Source: Escherichia coli (GTDB taxonomy: Bacteria; Pseudomonadota; Gammaproteobacteria; Enterobacterales; Enterobacteriaceae). Taken from it: a stretch of 32,000 bases of DNA. A program made the translations under genes and the position numbers. The notes under the pieces were generated by a model. That model ran no database searches. It was not told the origin of the DNA and saw only the letters and a program-made list of their open reading frames with translations. The DNA lies in the NCBI RefSeq assembly GCF_002196495.1, contig NZ_CP021844.1; one strand, given 5' to 3'. Shown piece after piece: positions 30,311-32,000 of this stretch; positions within the stretch are counted from its first letter, which is position 1, and every line of letters starts with the position of its first letter.

Positions 30311-32000
30311 ATGGATACGCCACGCCCACAATTACCAGATTTTGAATTTCATCAGAATAACGACAGTTTTACCCTACATTTTCAACAACGTCTTATTTTA
30401 ACCCATAGCAAAGATAATCCTTGTTTATGGATTGGTTCAGGTATTGCGGATATCGATATGTTCCGCGGCAATTTCAGCATTAAAGATAAACTACAGGAGA
30501 AAATTGCGCTTACCGACGCCATCGTCAGCCAGTCGCCGGATGGTTGGTTAATCCATTTCAGCCGTGGTTCTGACATTAGCGCCACGCTGAATATCTCTGC
30601 CGACGATCAGGGCCGTTTATTGCTGGAACTACAAAACGACAACCTTAACCACAACCGTATCTGGCTGCGCCTTGCCGCTCAACCAGAGGACCATATCTAC
30701 GGCTGCGGCGAACAGTTTTCCTACTTCGATCTGCGTGGCAAACCGTTCCCGCTATGGACCAGTGAACAAGGCGTTGGTCGCAATAAACAAACCTATGTCA
30801 CCTGGCAGGCCGACTGCAAAGAAAATGCGGGCGGCGACTATTACTGGACTTTCTTCCCACAGCCTACGTTTGTCAGCACGCAGAAGTATTACTGCCATGT
30901 TGATAACAGTTGCTATATGAACTTCGACTTTAGTGCCCCGGAATACCATGAACTGGCGCTGTGGGAAGACAAAGCAACGCTGCGTTTTGAATGTGCTGAC
31001 ACATACATCTCCCTGCTGGAAAAATTAACCGCCCTGCTGGGACGCCAGCCAGAACTGCCCGACTGGATTTATGACGGAGTAACGCTCGGCATTCAGGGCG
31101 GGACGGAAGTGTGCCAGAAGAAACTGGACACCATGCGTAACGCGGGCGTGAAGGTCAACGGCATCTGGGCGCAGGACTGGTCCGGTATTCGTATGACCTC
31201 TTTTGGCAAACGCGTGATGTGGAACTGGAAGTGGAACAGCGAAAACTACCCGCAACTGGATTCGCGTATCAAGCAGTGGAACAAAGAGGGCGTGCAGTTC
31301 CTTGCCTATATCAACCCGTATGTTGCCAGTGATAAAGATCTCTGCGAAGAGGCGGCAAAGCGCGGTTATCTGGCAAAAGATGTCGCCGGTGGCGACTATC
31401 TGGTGGAGTTTGGCGAGTTCTACGGCGGCGTTGTCGATCTCACCAATCCGGAAGCCTACGCCTGGTTCAAGGAAGTTATCAAAAAGAACATGATTGAACT
31501 CGGCTGCGGCGGCTGGATGGCTGACTTCGGCGAGTATCTGCCCACCGACACGTACCTGCATAACGGCATCAGCGCGGAAATTATGCATAACGCCTGGCCC
31601 GCGCTGTGGGCGAAATGTAACTACGAAGCCCTTGAAGAAACGGGCAAGCTCGGCGAGATCCTCTTCTTTATGCGCGCCGGTTCTACCGGTAGCCAGAAAT
31701 ACTCCACCATGATGTGGGCGGGTGACCAGAACGTGGACTGGAGTCTGGACGATGGCCTGGCGTCGGTTGTCCCGGCGGCGCTATCTCTGGCAATGACCGG
31801 ACATGGCCTGCATCACAGCGACATTGGCGGTTATACCACCCTGTTTGAGATGAAGCGCAGCAAAGAGCTGCTGCTGCGCTGGTGCGATTTCAGCGCCTTC
31901 ACGCCGATGATGCGCACCCACGAAGGTAACCGTCCTGGCGACAACTGGCAGTTTGACGGCGACGCGGAAACCATCGCCCATTTCGCCCGTATGACCACCG
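30311..32000 (+). CDS. yihQ: Sulfoquinovosidase (GH31), 3' end outside the window
   Basis: MDTPRPQLPDFEFHQNNDSFTLHFQQRLILTHSKDNPCLWIGSGIAD...; GH31 features GIWAQDWSG and GGWMADFGEYLP; open to the window edge. Confidence 0.95.
   Translation, partial: MDTPRPQLPDFEFHQNNDSFTLHFQQRLILTHSKDNPCLWIGSGIADIDMFRGNFSIKDKLQEKIALTDAIVSQSPDGWLIHFSRGSDISATLNISADDQGRLLLELQNDNLNHNRIWLRLAAQPEDHIYGCGEQFSYFDLRGKPFPLWTSEQGVGRNKQTYVTWQADCKENAGGDYYWTFFPQPTFVSTQKYYCHVDNSCYMNFDFSAPEYHELALWEDKATLRFECADTYISLLEKLTALLGRQPELPDWIYDGVTLGIQGGTEVCQKKLDTMRNAGVKVNGIWAQDWSGIRMTSFGKRVMWNWKWNSENYPQLDSRIKQWNKEGVQFLAYINPYVASDKDLCEEAAKRGYLAKDVAGGDYLVEFGEFYGGVVDLTNPEAYAWFKEVIKKNMIELGCGGWMADFGEYLPTDTYLHNGISAEIMHNAWPALWAKCNYEALEETGKLGEILFFMRAGSTGSQKYSTMMWAGDQNVDWSLDDGLASVVPAALSLAMTGHGLHHSDIGGYTTLFEMKRSKELLLRWCDFSAFTPMMRTHEGNRPGDNWQFDGDAETIAHFARMTT

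Noticed and set aside
31025-31588. 187-aa minus-strand ORF inside yihQ
   Set aside because: Antisense shadow of the conserved GH31 coding frame.

Overview
The window is an Escherichia-type chromosomal segment with mostly ordinary backbone genes. Read left to right it holds: the rhaA 3' end, a tandem REP/BIME array, rhaD, rhaM, a RafY-type glycoporin gene, frvABXR, yiiG, fdhD, fdoGHI (fdoG has an in-frame TGA/selenocysteine codon), fdhE, two small ribbon-helix-helix genes (yiiF, frameshifted; yiiE), an AT-rich interval with one large ORF, fabY(yiiD)-dtd-yihY-yihX, and the sulfoquinovose cluster yihW, yihV, yihU, yihT, yihS, yihR, a TauE/SafE permease, and yihQ (partial). The most noteworthy accessory signals are: (1) a 604-aa ORF at 18151..19965(-) with a perfect CX5R phosphatase P-loop CKSAKDRT, resembling the SopB/IpgD and INPP4 phosphoinositide phosphatases, a candidate effector; (2) a TauE/SafE-family permease lodged between yihR and yihQ, together with an amber codon that shortens yihU by 22 codons; (3) a one-base frameshift in yiiF, plus a ~46-bp element duplicated at the same distance upstream of yiiF and yiiE; (4) three exact copies of AAAAAGTGAC around the yihW/yihV/yihU control regions; (5) a 92-bp-period BIME array between rhaA and rhaD; (6) a carbohydrate porin between the rha and frv loci. 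Gene names and K-12 comparisons come from recalled protein sequences. No database search was run.
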